DNA of 16,660 bases, taken from contig JBGQHJ010000111.1 in NCBI GenBank assembly GCA_041497895.1, forward strand, positions 1 to 16,660, given 5' to 3'. Below the pieces are notes generated by a model. The model did no database searches. It saw nothing but the letters and a program-made list of their open reading frames with translations, and was not told the DNA's origin. This DNA comes from Candidatus Methylomirabilia bacterium (GTDB lineage: Bacteria > Methylomirabilota > Methylomirabilia > Rokubacteriales > CSP1-6). Each line of letters starts with the position of its first letter. The stretch's first letter is position 1. Positions 7,645-15,322 of this stretch are shown piece after piece. The position numbers were made by a program, and so were the translations under genes.

Positions 7645-8278
7645 AGTACACGAACGTGTCCCGCCACGTGCGGCCGAGCGCCTGGATCTTGCCCGCCCAC
7701 TCCGCGAGATCGGGCTCGGTGTAGCCCTGGTCGCGCAGCCGCAGGTAGCCCCAATCGGCGGTGGGCTCCATCGGCGTTGTCGCGTCCCCGGTGTCGGCCA
7801 CGCAGAGGGCCGTGTTGGCCGCCCGCAGCCGCGCGTACACCGAGGCGTCGAGCCAGCTCTCGTGACGGAACTCGAAGGCGCAGCGTAGGCCGCCCGGTAG
7901 CTGATCCAGGAGCCCGCCCAGGCGGTCCAGATCCTTCTTGAAGTTGGGCGGGAGCTGGAAGAGCACGGTCCCGAGCTTCGGGCCGAGGCCCGCCGCGGTG
8001 TCGAGGAAGTAGCGCAGCGGATCGCCGATGTCCCTGAGCCTCGCGAAGTGGGTGATCCGCTGCGGCGCCTTCAGCGTGAACGAGAAGCCGGGGGGCGTCT
8101 CGGCGACCCACCCCGCCACCGTCTTGGCGTTGGGCATGCGGTAAAAGGTGTAGTTGATCTCCACGGTGGAGAACCGCTCGGCGTAGTAGGGGAGCATCTT
8201 GCCGGTCGGGAACTTCTCGGGATAGAAGGTGCCCCGCCACTCGGGATAGTTGTAGCCGGAGGTGCCGATGCGGATCAT
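7577..8278 (-). CDS. DUF72 (YecE-like TIM barrel) protein
   Basis: IRIGTSGYNYPEWRGTFYP, TVEINYTFY, LFQLPP, FEFRHESW, YLRL, FVYFKHE. The ATG overlaps the trmH-family stop. Confidence 0.93.
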   Translation of the reverse strand: MIRIGTSGYNYPEWRGTFYPEKFPTGKMLPYYAERFSTVEINYTFYRMPNAKTVAGWVAETPPGFSFTLKAPQRITHFARLRDIGDPLRYFLDTAAGLGPKLGTVLFQLPPNFKKDLDRLGGLLDQLPGGLRCAFEFRHESWLDASVYARLRAANTALCVADTGDATTPMEPTADWGYLRLRDQGYTEPDLAEWAGKIQALGRTWRDTFVYFKHEAAGTGPAFARQLEALLPR

Positions 8279-9084
8279 GGGAGTTCGCCGCCCATGATAC
8301 CGCTGCCGGCCAGGCGGTGGAGCGCGATGCCGCACGCGGTGGCCACGTTCAGCGAGTCCACGCCCGGCGCCATCGGGATGCGGACGTGGAGATCGGCGGT
8401 CTCGCGGGTCAGCTCGCCGAGCCCGGCGCCTTCCGCGCCCACGATCAGCGCGAGCCGGCGGGTCGCGAGCCGCTCCGCGACCGCGCCGATGGCCTCCGCG
8501 CGCGGATCCGGGCTGAGCGCGACCAGGATGTAGCCGGCTCGGCGAAGCGCCGCGAGCGCGGTGCCCCACTCCGTGCGCGCGAACGGGGTGGACAGGGTCC
8601 CGCCCATCGAGACGCGGATGGCCTTGCGGTACAGGGGATCGGCGCAGCCCGCGGAGAGCAGGACGCCGCCGGCCCCGAAGGCGGCCGCGTTGCGGAAGAT
8701 CGCGCCCACGTTGTCGGGGTCGGTCACCTCGTCGAGCCCGACCACGACCCGCGGCCTCGCCGGCTCGATCACGGACTCGGGGGAGGTCGGCCGCTCCGGC
8801 CGCTCGCCGAGCGCCAGGCAGCCGCGGTGGAAGTTGAAGCCGAAGATCGAGCGGATCATCGCGCTCGACGCGACGAAGACCGGCGGTGGTGTCGGCCCGA
8901 GGACGTCGCGGAGATCCTCGAGCACGGGCGCGGTGGCGAGGACCGAGCGCACCCGGTAGCGCGAGCCGGTGAGCAGCCGGCGGACCAGCAGGCGGCCCTC
9001 GCAGAGGAAGGGCCCGTCGCCCCGGCCTTGGCCCACCGCGCGGTAATCGGCGACCCGCGGGTCGTCGGGATCTTCGATGAGCAC
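8275..9084 (-). CDS. TrmH/SpoU family RNA 2'-O-methyltransferase
   Basis: SPOUT motifs DPDNVGAIFRNAAAFG, VGAEGAGL, VRIPM...DSLNVA. Confidence 0.93.
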   Translation of the reverse strand: MLIEDPDDPRVADYRAVGQGRGDGPFLCEGRLLVRRLLTGSRYRVRSVLATAPVLEDLRDVLGPTPPPVFVASSAMIRSIFGFNFHRGCLALGERPERPTSPESVIEPARPRVVVGLDEVTDPDNVGAIFRNAAAFGAGGVLLSAGCADPLYRKAIRVSMGGTLSTPFARTEWGTALAALRRAGYILVALSPDPRAEAIGAVAERLATRRLALIVGAEGAGLGELTRETADLHVRIPMAPGVDSLNVATACGIALHRLAGSGIMGGELP

Positions 9085-9090
9085 CGGCGC

Positions 9091-9119
9091 ATGCTGGCAC
9101 GGGCTCGCGACCTTGACAA
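9091..9119 (-). promoter_or_regulatory. Candidate sigma70 promoter giving a leaderless trmH-DUF72 transcript
   Basis: TTGTCA-N17-CAGCAT with TG extension; the GTG start follows the -10 element after a 6-nt gap. Confidence 0.5.
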
Positions 9120-9390
9120 CGTCTTCACGTCGACCCGGCCGGCCGAGGAGCTACGGGTGGGGAGGATCGAGACGCTGGTCATCACCGGCGTGCTGACCGA
9201 CGCCGGCGCGGAGAGCTCGGCGCGGCACGCGGCGGAGCGGGACGTTCAGGTGATCGTGGTGGACGACGCGTGCGCGGCGTGGGAGGAGGGTTGCCCTGCG
9301 GCCAGGCCGAGGAGCCTGTCGCGGTGCTTCGCCCGGATCACCGTCGTGGCCGGGATCGAGCGGGCGACGGCAGACGGCGGGACGCGCTGA
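9091..9390 (+). pseudogene. Degenerate C-terminal fragment of an isochorismatase/cysteine hydrolase
   Basis: IETLVITGVLTD..ESSARHAAERDVQVIVVDDACA matches the family C-terminal half. The N-terminal catalytic Asp region is absent and the catalytic Cys is replaced (TDAGAES for TxxCVES). Confidence 0.7.
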
Positions 9391-9411
9391 GCGGACCGCG
9401 CCCCGCCGGAC

Positions 9412-9813
9412 TTACTGGTAGGCGACGATGCTGGTGGCCCAGTCCGGGAGCACGACGTCGGCCGGCCGCGGCATGTCGAAGCGGATGCGGCTCAGCGCGA
9501 ACTGGGGAAGCGCCACGTGCTCCATGCAGCGCAGGCAGTAGAAGTCGAACTCCAGCTGGGCGCGGCGGCCCTGGAACTCGAGCGCGGTCTTGCAGACCGC
9601 ATGATAGAGCTCGCCGTCCGGGCTGGCGTACACCGTGGCGAGCGGCGACTTCGCGATCTCTGCGGCTAGCAGCGAGTCGGGATGGCGCCGGCTGATGCCG
9701 GTGCTACCCTTGGGCCGGCCCCGGCGACGCCGGACCTCGGGCGGGTGCGGATCGTTGATGTGCTGCCTGGCGGCGGCTTCCCGGGTCCCGTGTACGCGAT
9801 CTTGGGTTCTCAT
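9412..9813 (-). CDS. 133-aa hypothetical protein with an AT-hook and a putative HxxC...CxxC zinc ribbon
   Basis: RRRRGRPKGS AT-hook; YHAVC...YCLRC; GC3-rich codon usage in the C-terminal part. Confidence 0.75.
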   Translation of the reverse strand: MRTQDRVHGTREAAARQHINDPHPPEVRRRRGRPKGSTGISRRHPDSLLAAEIAKSPLATVYASPDGELYHAVCKTALEFQGRRAQLEFDFYCLRCMEHVALPQFALSRIRFDMPRPADVVLPDWATSIVAYQ

Positions 9814-9825
9814 GCCCGGCCTAGG

Positions 9826-9841
9826 AGCAAGACGCGTTCCA
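9826..9841 (-). promoter_or_regulatory. sigma54 (-24/-12) promoter
   Basis: The minus strand reads TGGAACGCGTCTTGCT with correct spacing. IHF-like AATCGGCTATTTA at 9858-9870 and TACAA-N7-TTGTA at 9919-9935 lie upstream in an AT-rich spacer. Confidence 0.7.
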
Positions 9842-10000
9842 GGGGTGACACTCTGTGTAAATAGCCGATTATATTGTACGTTGTACCTCGTAACGGCCCC
9901 GAGTTGGGGCCCGAGCGCTACAAAATTTGGTTGTATTGTGGCCGGAGGTTGTCATTCCACGAACAGCGGGCGCCACCGGGCGTGCCGCGGGAGGTTCCCG

Positions 10001-10288
10001 ATGCTGGGCATCGTCGCGACGATCAAGGTGAAGCCGGGTATGGAGCAGCAGTTCGAGGCCGTGGCCAAGGAGCTGGTGGCCAAGGTCACCGCCAGTGAGC
10101 CGGGCTGCCGGCTGTACGCGCTGCACCGGGCGGAGGCGCCCCTGACCTACGTCTTCATGGAGCGCTACGCGGACCAGGCGGCGGTGGAGGCCCACCGCGG
10201 CACCGACTACTTCAAGGCGCTCGGGCGGAAGATGGGCGAGTTCATGGACGGGCGCCCCGAGGTGCTGCGGCTCAAGGAGGTCGACTAG
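10001..10288 (+). CDS. Antibiotic biosynthesis monooxygenase (ABM/YgiN-like) protein
   Basis: GGAGGT RBS; ATIKVKPG...EPGCRLYALH...FMERYADQAAVEAH; 95 aa. Confidence 0.9.
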   Translation: MLGIVATIKVKPGMEQQFEAVAKELVAKVTASEPGCRLYALHRAEAPLTYVFMERYADQAAVEAHRGTDYFKALGRKMGEFMDGRPEVLRLKEVD

Positions 10289-10563
10289 CCCCCGGCGAGC
10301 TTGACGATGTAGCCGGCGGCGCGGAGGTGCTCGGCCAGTCGCTCGCGGTGGTCGCCCTGGATCTCGATCGCGTCGTCCTTGAGCGTGCCGCCCGCTCCGC
10401 ACAGCCGCTTCATCAGGGCGACCCGGGCCTCGAGGGCGGCGCCGCGCTCGGGAAGCCCGCGGATCACGGTGACCGTCTTGCCGTTGCGCCCGCCGCGATC
10501 GCGGAAGAGTCGCACCACACCGTCTCGCGGCAGCGCGGGGGCGGGACGCGGGCTCGGCTTCAC
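10285..10563 (-). CDS. yciH: SUI1/eIF1-like translation factor
   Basis: GRNGKTVTVIRGL, KRLCGAGGTLKD, IEIQGDHRE, VKLAGG. Confidence 0.93.
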   Translation of the reverse strand: MKPSPRPAPALPRDGVVRLFRDRGGRNGKTVTVIRGLPERGAALEARVALMKRLCGAGGTLKDDAIEIQGDHRERLAEHLRAAGYIVKLAGG

Positions 10564-10652
10564 GGCCTCAATCTAGCAGAATCGGCTCGCCGGAATCAGT
10601 GTACGCTCGGGACAACGTCGACAGCCCGGCCCGCGGGCGGGGAAGGAGCCTC

Positions 10653-11762
10653 GTGAAGATCACCGACGTCACCCTCACGTTGTTCGCGTGGGAAAACATC
10701 CCGGCCACGACCTACGGTCGGCACACCGGAAAGTTCGGCGGCCAGAGCCAGCTGGGCCTCCTCGCGCTGCGCACCGACGAGGGCCTCGAGGGCCACGCCT
10801 TCCTGGGCTCGGCCAGCCGCGGCGCTCAGTTCGACGCCGAGTCCCTGATGAGCGCGCTCAAGCCCCTCGTGATGGACCAGGACCCGCTCGAGCGGGAGCG
10901 CCTCTATCAGGCGCTCCTCTCCCGCAGCCGGCACACCACCTGGCGCGCCATCGGCGCGGTGGACGTGGCCCTGTGGGACATCGCGGGCAAGGTGGCGGGG
11001 CTGCCCATCCACCGGCTGCTCGGCACCTACCGGGACCGTCTACCCGCCTACGCGAGCTCCGCGGTGCTGCAGTCCAAGCAGGCCTACGCGGAAGAGGCGG
11101 CGCGCTTCAAGGCCTCCGGGTGGACCGCGTACAAGATCCACCCGCCCACCGATCCGCGGGTCGACATCGAGATCTGCGAGGCGGTGCGGAGCATGGTGGG
11201 CGACGCCTTCACGCTCATGCTCGACTCGACCTGGGCCTATGACTATCCGGCCGCGATCCGGGTCGGCCGCGCCATCGAGCGGCTCGGCTACTACTGGTAC
11301 GAGGATCCGCTCGCGGACGACGATCTCTACAACTACGTCAAGCTCAAGCAGCACCTGTCGATCCCGATCCTGGCCACCGAGTACTCCCCGGGCGGCTTCA
11401 CCGCCTACGCGCCCTGGCTGGTGGCCCGCGCGACCGACTTCCTGCGGGGCGACGTGGCGGTCAAGGGAGGGATCTCGGCGCTGCTGAAGACGGCTCACCT
11501 CGCCGAGGGCTTCCACATGAACTTCGAGATCCACCACGGGGGGAATTCGCTCAACAACGTGGCCAACCTGCACGTGGCGATGGCGATCCGGAACTGCGAG
11601 TTCTTCGAGGTGCTGCTGCCCGCGGAGGCGCAGAAGTACGGCCTGGTCGCCGACATCGAGGTGGACTCGCACGGCATGGTGCGCGCGCCCACCGCGCCGG
11701 GCCTGGGCGCCCAGATCGACTTCGAGCTGATCGAGCGCAAGAAGCTCGCGGTGCTCCGCTAG
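10653..11762 (+). CDS. Mandelate racemase/muconate lactonising (enolase superfamily) enzyme
   Basis: AAGGAG RBS and GTG 10653; AVDVALWDIAGK..GLPIHRLLG; metal ligands in MLD, YEDP, ATE; C-terminal PTAPGLG. Confidence 0.93.
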   Translation: MKITDVTLTLFAWENIPATTYGRHTGKFGGQSQLGLLALRTDEGLEGHAFLGSASRGAQFDAESLMSALKPLVMDQDPLERERLYQALLSRSRHTTWRAIGAVDVALWDIAGKVAGLPIHRLLGTYRDRLPAYASSAVLQSKQAYAEEAARFKASGWTAYKIHPPTDPRVDIEICEAVRSMVGDAFTLMLDSTWAYDYPAAIRVGRAIERLGYYWYEDPLADDDLYNYVKLKQHLSIPILATEYSPGGFTAYAPWLVARATDFLRGDVAVKGGISALLKTAHLAEGFHMNFEIHHGGNSLNNVANLHVAMAIRNCEFFEVLLPAEAQKYGLVADIEVDSHGMVRAPTAPGLGAQIDFELIERKKLAVLR

Positions 11763-11763
11763 C

Positions 11764-12939
11764 TCACCCCGTCCCGCTCGCGAAGAGCGGGACGCGCACG
11801 TTGGCGGACGGGCGATAGGTCACCGTCCCGGCCAGCGAGCCGAGCGGGAGACCGCGCGCGAGCAGCCCCTCGATCCCGGCCCGGGCGATCGTGATCGCGA
11901 GCTGCTCGCCGGGACAGGCGTGGGGCCCGGCCCCGAAGGTGAACGTCCGGCGGTGCGCTCTCGCGACGTCGAAGCGCTCCGGCTCGGGATTCGCCGCGGC
12001 ATCGTGGTTGGCGGCGGCCAGCACCACCAAGACCGTGTCGCCCGCGGTCATGCGCCGGCCCGCGATCCGGCCATCCGCGGCGATGAAGCGGCGGGTATTC
12101 TGGACCGGCGGGTCGTGGCGCAGCACCTCCCGGATCACGTCGTCGAGCAGCCCGGCGTCGGTTGGAATCCGGGCCGAGAGCTCGGGGCGGCCGGCCAGCG
12201 CGAGGAGCGTGTTGCCGATCAAGCCCGCGGTCGCCTCGTAGGCCTGGGTCATGAAGCCGATCGCGTTCGCCACGATCGCCCCGGCGTCCTCGCAGCCGGC
12301 CCGCCGCGCCTCCCGGCTCAGGACGGAGAGCAGGCCGGGCTCCGACGCGATGACGGGCGATCCGATGAGGTCGATCAGATCCCGCGCGGCCTCCGTGCCC
12401 CGCTTCAGGCGCTCGACGTCGGCGCCGGGCGAGACGCCGCTCACGTACCGACCGATGCATCGCTCGGCGTGCCGGAGCCCATGATCCGGCACCCCGAGCA
12501 GGCTCGCGATCACGTATGTGGAGAGCGCGTTCGTGAAGTCGTTCAGCTGCGCCGGGCTCGATCGCGGGTCGATCCCCGCGGTGAGCGTCCGGGCCCACCG
12601 CTCGGCGAGGGCCCCGGCTCTGGTCGCGTCGATCGAATCGATCGTGGCCGCCACCCCCGGCTTCATGACCCCGTGACCGGGGCCGTCGGTCATGCGCACG
12701 AGCCGCCCGAAGATGTCGGCCGCCGGCGAGCCCAGGAGCGCGGAGGGGACGGGCTCTGCGGCCGGGCGCACGCGTCCGAGCGGGCTTGTCAGCACCGCGG
12801 TCACCGCGTCGGCACTCGCGGCGACCCACAGTCCCAGGGCGTCGTCCCGGTAGAGCGGGCGGCTGGCCACTAGCTCGCGATAGTACGGATAGGGATCCGG
12901 ATGGGTGACCGCCGAGAACGGGTCGGCCGGCGGCTTCAC
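11764..12939 (-). CDS. Cytochrome P450
   Basis: GTG 12939 overlaps the upstream stop and has a GGAGG RBS. DPYPYY, EVLR (ExxR), AANHD, FGAGPHACPG heme Cys. Confidence 0.95.
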   Translation of the reverse strand: MKPPADPFSAVTHPDPYPYYRELVASRPLYRDDALGLWVAASADAVTAVLTSPLGRVRPAAEPVPSALLGSPAADIFGRLVRMTDGPGHGVMKPGVAATIDSIDATRAGALAERWARTLTAGIDPRSSPAQLNDFTNALSTYVIASLLGVPDHGLRHAERCIGRYVSGVSPGADVERLKRGTEAARDLIDLIGSPVIASEPGLLSVLSREARRAGCEDAGAIVANAIGFMTQAYEATAGLIGNTLLALAGRPELSARIPTDAGLLDDVIREVLRHDPPVQNTRRFIAADGRIAGRRMTAGDTVLVVLAAANHDAAANPEPERFDVARAHRRTFTFGAGPHACPGEQLAITIARAGIEGLLARGLPLGSLAGTVTYRPSANVRVPLFASGTG

Positions 12940-13646
12940 CGCGCCGCCTCCGCCCGGCGCGCTCCGATCAGACCGCGCTCGAGGTCGAGCACCTCGCGTT
13001 CCGCGGCCGGCGGAGTATAGAAGACGCCGTAGAGGCTCACGCACACGACGGACGGATCGCCCTCGCGGTCTCGCGCCGCTTCCAGGCACGCCTCGAGTAG
13101 TCGCCCGGAGCGTTGGTAGCTGGTGGGGGCATCCTCCGGCGGGGCCTCGTCGAGCGCGGTGGCGTAGAGGCCCTCGCACCGGGCCACGTGGTGGAGCACG
13201 CGGCGCAGGGGCCAGTCTCCGTCCGGGGGCGCCCAGTCGAGCTCCTCGTCGGTCAGCTCGTCCGCGCGCCCGCCCAGGAGGCGAATCGCCTGGTCGATGC
13301 GCCAGAGCCACGCCTCGAGCTCCGGGTCGGCCAGCGGCAGACGGTCCTCCGGCAGTGTCACCGTCGAGGACGCCCACCCGTCGGTCGGAGTCGGGATCAC
13401 CCCGTGGCGCTGCCAGGCTCGCCACTGGTCGATCTGGTTCAAATGGTCGAGCGCGTGATCGAGGACGCGACGCAGGACCTTGCGCGGGGTATAGGTGTAG
13501 CGCGCCGGCTCCGGCGCCGTCGCGTGGTCCGGGCCCGGCGCGGCGAGCCGTCGAGTGAGGCGGCGGAACAGATCGGCGGTCATCATCCGATCGCTCGAGA
13601 GCCGGAGCGCGATCGGCCCGCCGTTCATGATGCTCGGGGTGGTCAT
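12936..13646 (-). CDS. DinB/YfiT-like four-helix-bundle protein with rearranged motif order
   Basis: AGGAGG RBS; motifs RKVLRRVLDHALDHLNQI and LTDEELDW..PDGDWPLRRVLHHVARCE. Confidence 0.8.
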   Translation of the reverse strand: MTTPSIMNGGPIALRLSSDRMMTADLFRRLTRRLAAPGPDHATAPEPARYTYTPRKVLRRVLDHALDHLNQIDQWRAWQRHGVIPTPTDGWASSTVTLPEDRLPLADPELEAWLWRIDQAIRLLGGRADELTDEELDWAPPDGDWPLRRVLHHVARCEGLYATALDEAPPEDAPTSYQRSGRLLEACLEAARDREGDPSVVCVSLYGVFYTPPAAEREVLDLERGLIGARRAEAAR

Positions 13647-13661
13647 CTGGAGTCCTCCTAT

Positions 13662-13681
13662 ATATCTCTGTAGAGAGATAT
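13662..13681. promoter_or_regulatory. Operator palindrome between the divergent DinB-like and ArsR genes
   Basis: ATATCTCT-GTAG-AGAGATAT (8-4-8 perfect inverted repeat); TATACT -10 element at 13694-13699. Confidence 0.8.
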
Positions 13682-13708
13682 GTGTATGCGCGCTATACTA
13701 CCGCCACG

Positions 13709-14395
13709 ATGCGGGCGATGCAAGACGTGGCGCGGGTGGCGGGAGTTCTCGGGGACCCGTTCCGCCTCGCGATCCTGGGCGCCCTCCTGGAGGGCGAGGC
13801 GACGGTCAGCGAGCTGGGGACGCGTCTCGGGCTCGCGCAGCCCCGCGTCTCCACCCACCTGGCTCGCCTCCGGGGCGCCGGTCTGGTCAGCCGGGTCGCG
13901 ATGGGACGGCATCGCGCCTATCGCGCGGACGCGGCCCGCGTGAAGCCGCTCCTGGACGCACTGTACGCGACCGGTCCGGCCGCGGGGCTGCGCCCGTCGC
14001 CGCAGGCCGGTCGCGAGCGACGGCGGGACACCCCGCTCCGGCGCGCGCGCACGTGCTACGACCATCTCGCCGGCGTCGCGGGAGTGGAGCTGCTCGCGGA
14101 GATCCGGAAGCGCGGCTGGCTGCGGCCCGGTCCGAAGGGCAAGCCCGCCTTCGAGCTCACCGCGGCGGGAGAGCGGGCGCTCGCGCAGCGCGGCGTCGAG
14201 GTGGACGCGGCCCGGGCGTCGCGGCGGCGGTTCGCCACCGCGTGCCTGGACTGGACCGAGCGCCGCCCGCACCTGGGCGGGGCGCTCGGCGCGCGAATCC
14301 TCGACGCGCTGTGCGGGAAGAGCTACGTGCGGCGGCGGCCCCGGGGCCGCGACGTGCAGATCGTCAAACCGCTCGCGGGATGGCTCGCGCGGTAG
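13709..14395 (+). CDS. ArsR/SmtB family regulator with a C-terminal RTCYDHLAG domain
   Basis: LGDPFRLAIL..L..GEATVSEL...AQPRVSTHLARL; RTCYDHLAG; CLDWTERRPHLGG. Start is ATG 13709 or 13718. Confidence 0.92.
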   Translation: MRAMQDVARVAGVLGDPFRLAILGALLEGEATVSELGTRLGLAQPRVSTHLARLRGAGLVSRVAMGRHRAYRADAARVKPLLDALYATGPAAGLRPSPQAGRERRRDTPLRRARTCYDHLAGVAGVELLAEIRKRGWLRPGPKGKPAFELTAAGERALAQRGVEVDAARASRRRFATACLDWTERRPHLGGALGARILDALCGKSYVRRRPRGRDVQIVKPLAGWLAR

Positions 14396-14401
14396 CCGGG
14401 C

Positions 14402-15322
14402 TTACCGCGGCAGGCCCGCGACCACCGCGCTGAGCGCGAGCGTCGCGCGAGCGAGGGCCGCGGGCTCGAGCGTGTCGAGGGCATCGCCGCTCGTGTGGTA
14501 GGTGTGAAACGGGGGCGGTCGGCGGATCAGGCTCCGGAAGGTAGAGCGCACCGGGCTCAGCACGAAACGTCGCAGCGACTCCGCGTGGGCCACCGGTACC
14601 ATGGTGAAGCCGTAGGCGGGCACGCCCGCCGCCGCGAACGCCCGGTGGTCGCTGCCGAAGACCGGGATGCGGCCCACCACGTGATGACCCGCGTCGCGAG
14701 CCAGGCCGGCCGACTCGAGGGCGCCGGTGACGGTGTCGAGGAACGGAGTGGGAGGGCCCGCGTCCCACAGGGCGACCGCGTCGCCGATGCCGCACAGCTC
14801 GAGGCTCAGCACTCCCGCGATCCCCTCGAGCGAGGCCTCCTCCACGTAGGCTCGCGCGCCCAGGTAGTCGATCTCCTCCGCCGCGGTGAAGAGCAGACGC
14901 ACCCGCCAGCCGGCCGGGATGCGGGCCGGCAGCCGCGGGATCAGGTGCAGCAGGATGCCCACCGCGGCCGCGTTGTCGTTGGCCCCGGGGCTGCCGGGCA
15001 CCGCGTCGTGATGCGCGCACACCACGAGCACCCGTGGGCCCTCGCCGAGCTCCACCGCGTAGGTCTCGCCCGCGCCCTCCCGGCGCGCGAAGCGATGACG
15101 CGAGAACGCGATGCCGCGGTGGTGGAAGTAGCGGGGCAGGATCGCCTGGCGCTCGGCCGCGTCGCGGCCACAAAGGAGCCGGGCCAGCGAGAGCGGCGTA
15201 TCGTCGCCGCCCAGGACGGTCTCGAGCGGAACCGGCGGCGCAATCGGGCCGCCGGGGCGGCGGATGACGAGCCGCCCCAGCGACCGCAGCAGCAGCCGGC
15301 GCAGGAAGAGCCCGGCGCTCAG
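14402..15322 (-). CDS. M28 family zinc metallopeptidase (start uncertain, possibly CTG 15322)
   Basis: AHHD, GANDNAAAV, FTAAEE, SLELCG, SDH, YHTSGD. Confidence 0.85.
   Translation of the reverse strand: MSAGLFLRRLLLRSLGRLVIRRPGGPIAPPVPLETVLGGDDTPLSLARLLCGRDAAERQAILPRYFHHRGIAFSRHRFARREGAGETYAVELGEGPRVLVVCAHHDAVPGSPGANDNAAAVGILLHLIPRLPARIPAGWRVRLLFTAAEEIDYLGARAYVEEASLEGIAGVLSLELCGIGDAVALWDAGPPTPFLDTVTGALESAGLARDAGHHVVGRIPVFGSDHRAFAAAGVPAYGFTMVPVAHAESLRRFVLSPVRSTFRSLIRRPPPFHTYHTSGDALDTLEPAALARATLALSAVVAGLPR

Noticed and set aside
4918..7724. Long alternative ORFs over ligD (806 aa minus strand, 802 aa plus strand)
   Set aside because: Shadow ORFs typical of high-GC DNA: Arg/Gly/Pro-rich, no motifs, fully overlapping a confident gene.
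9095..9110. TGGCAC...GC as a plus-strand sigma54 site
   Set aside because: The GG-GC spacing is off by one and there is no TTGC.
9541..9558. QLEFDF as a clamp-binding motif in the AT-hook protein
   Set aside because: It lies between the Zn ligand pairs and is probably a structural beta-strand.
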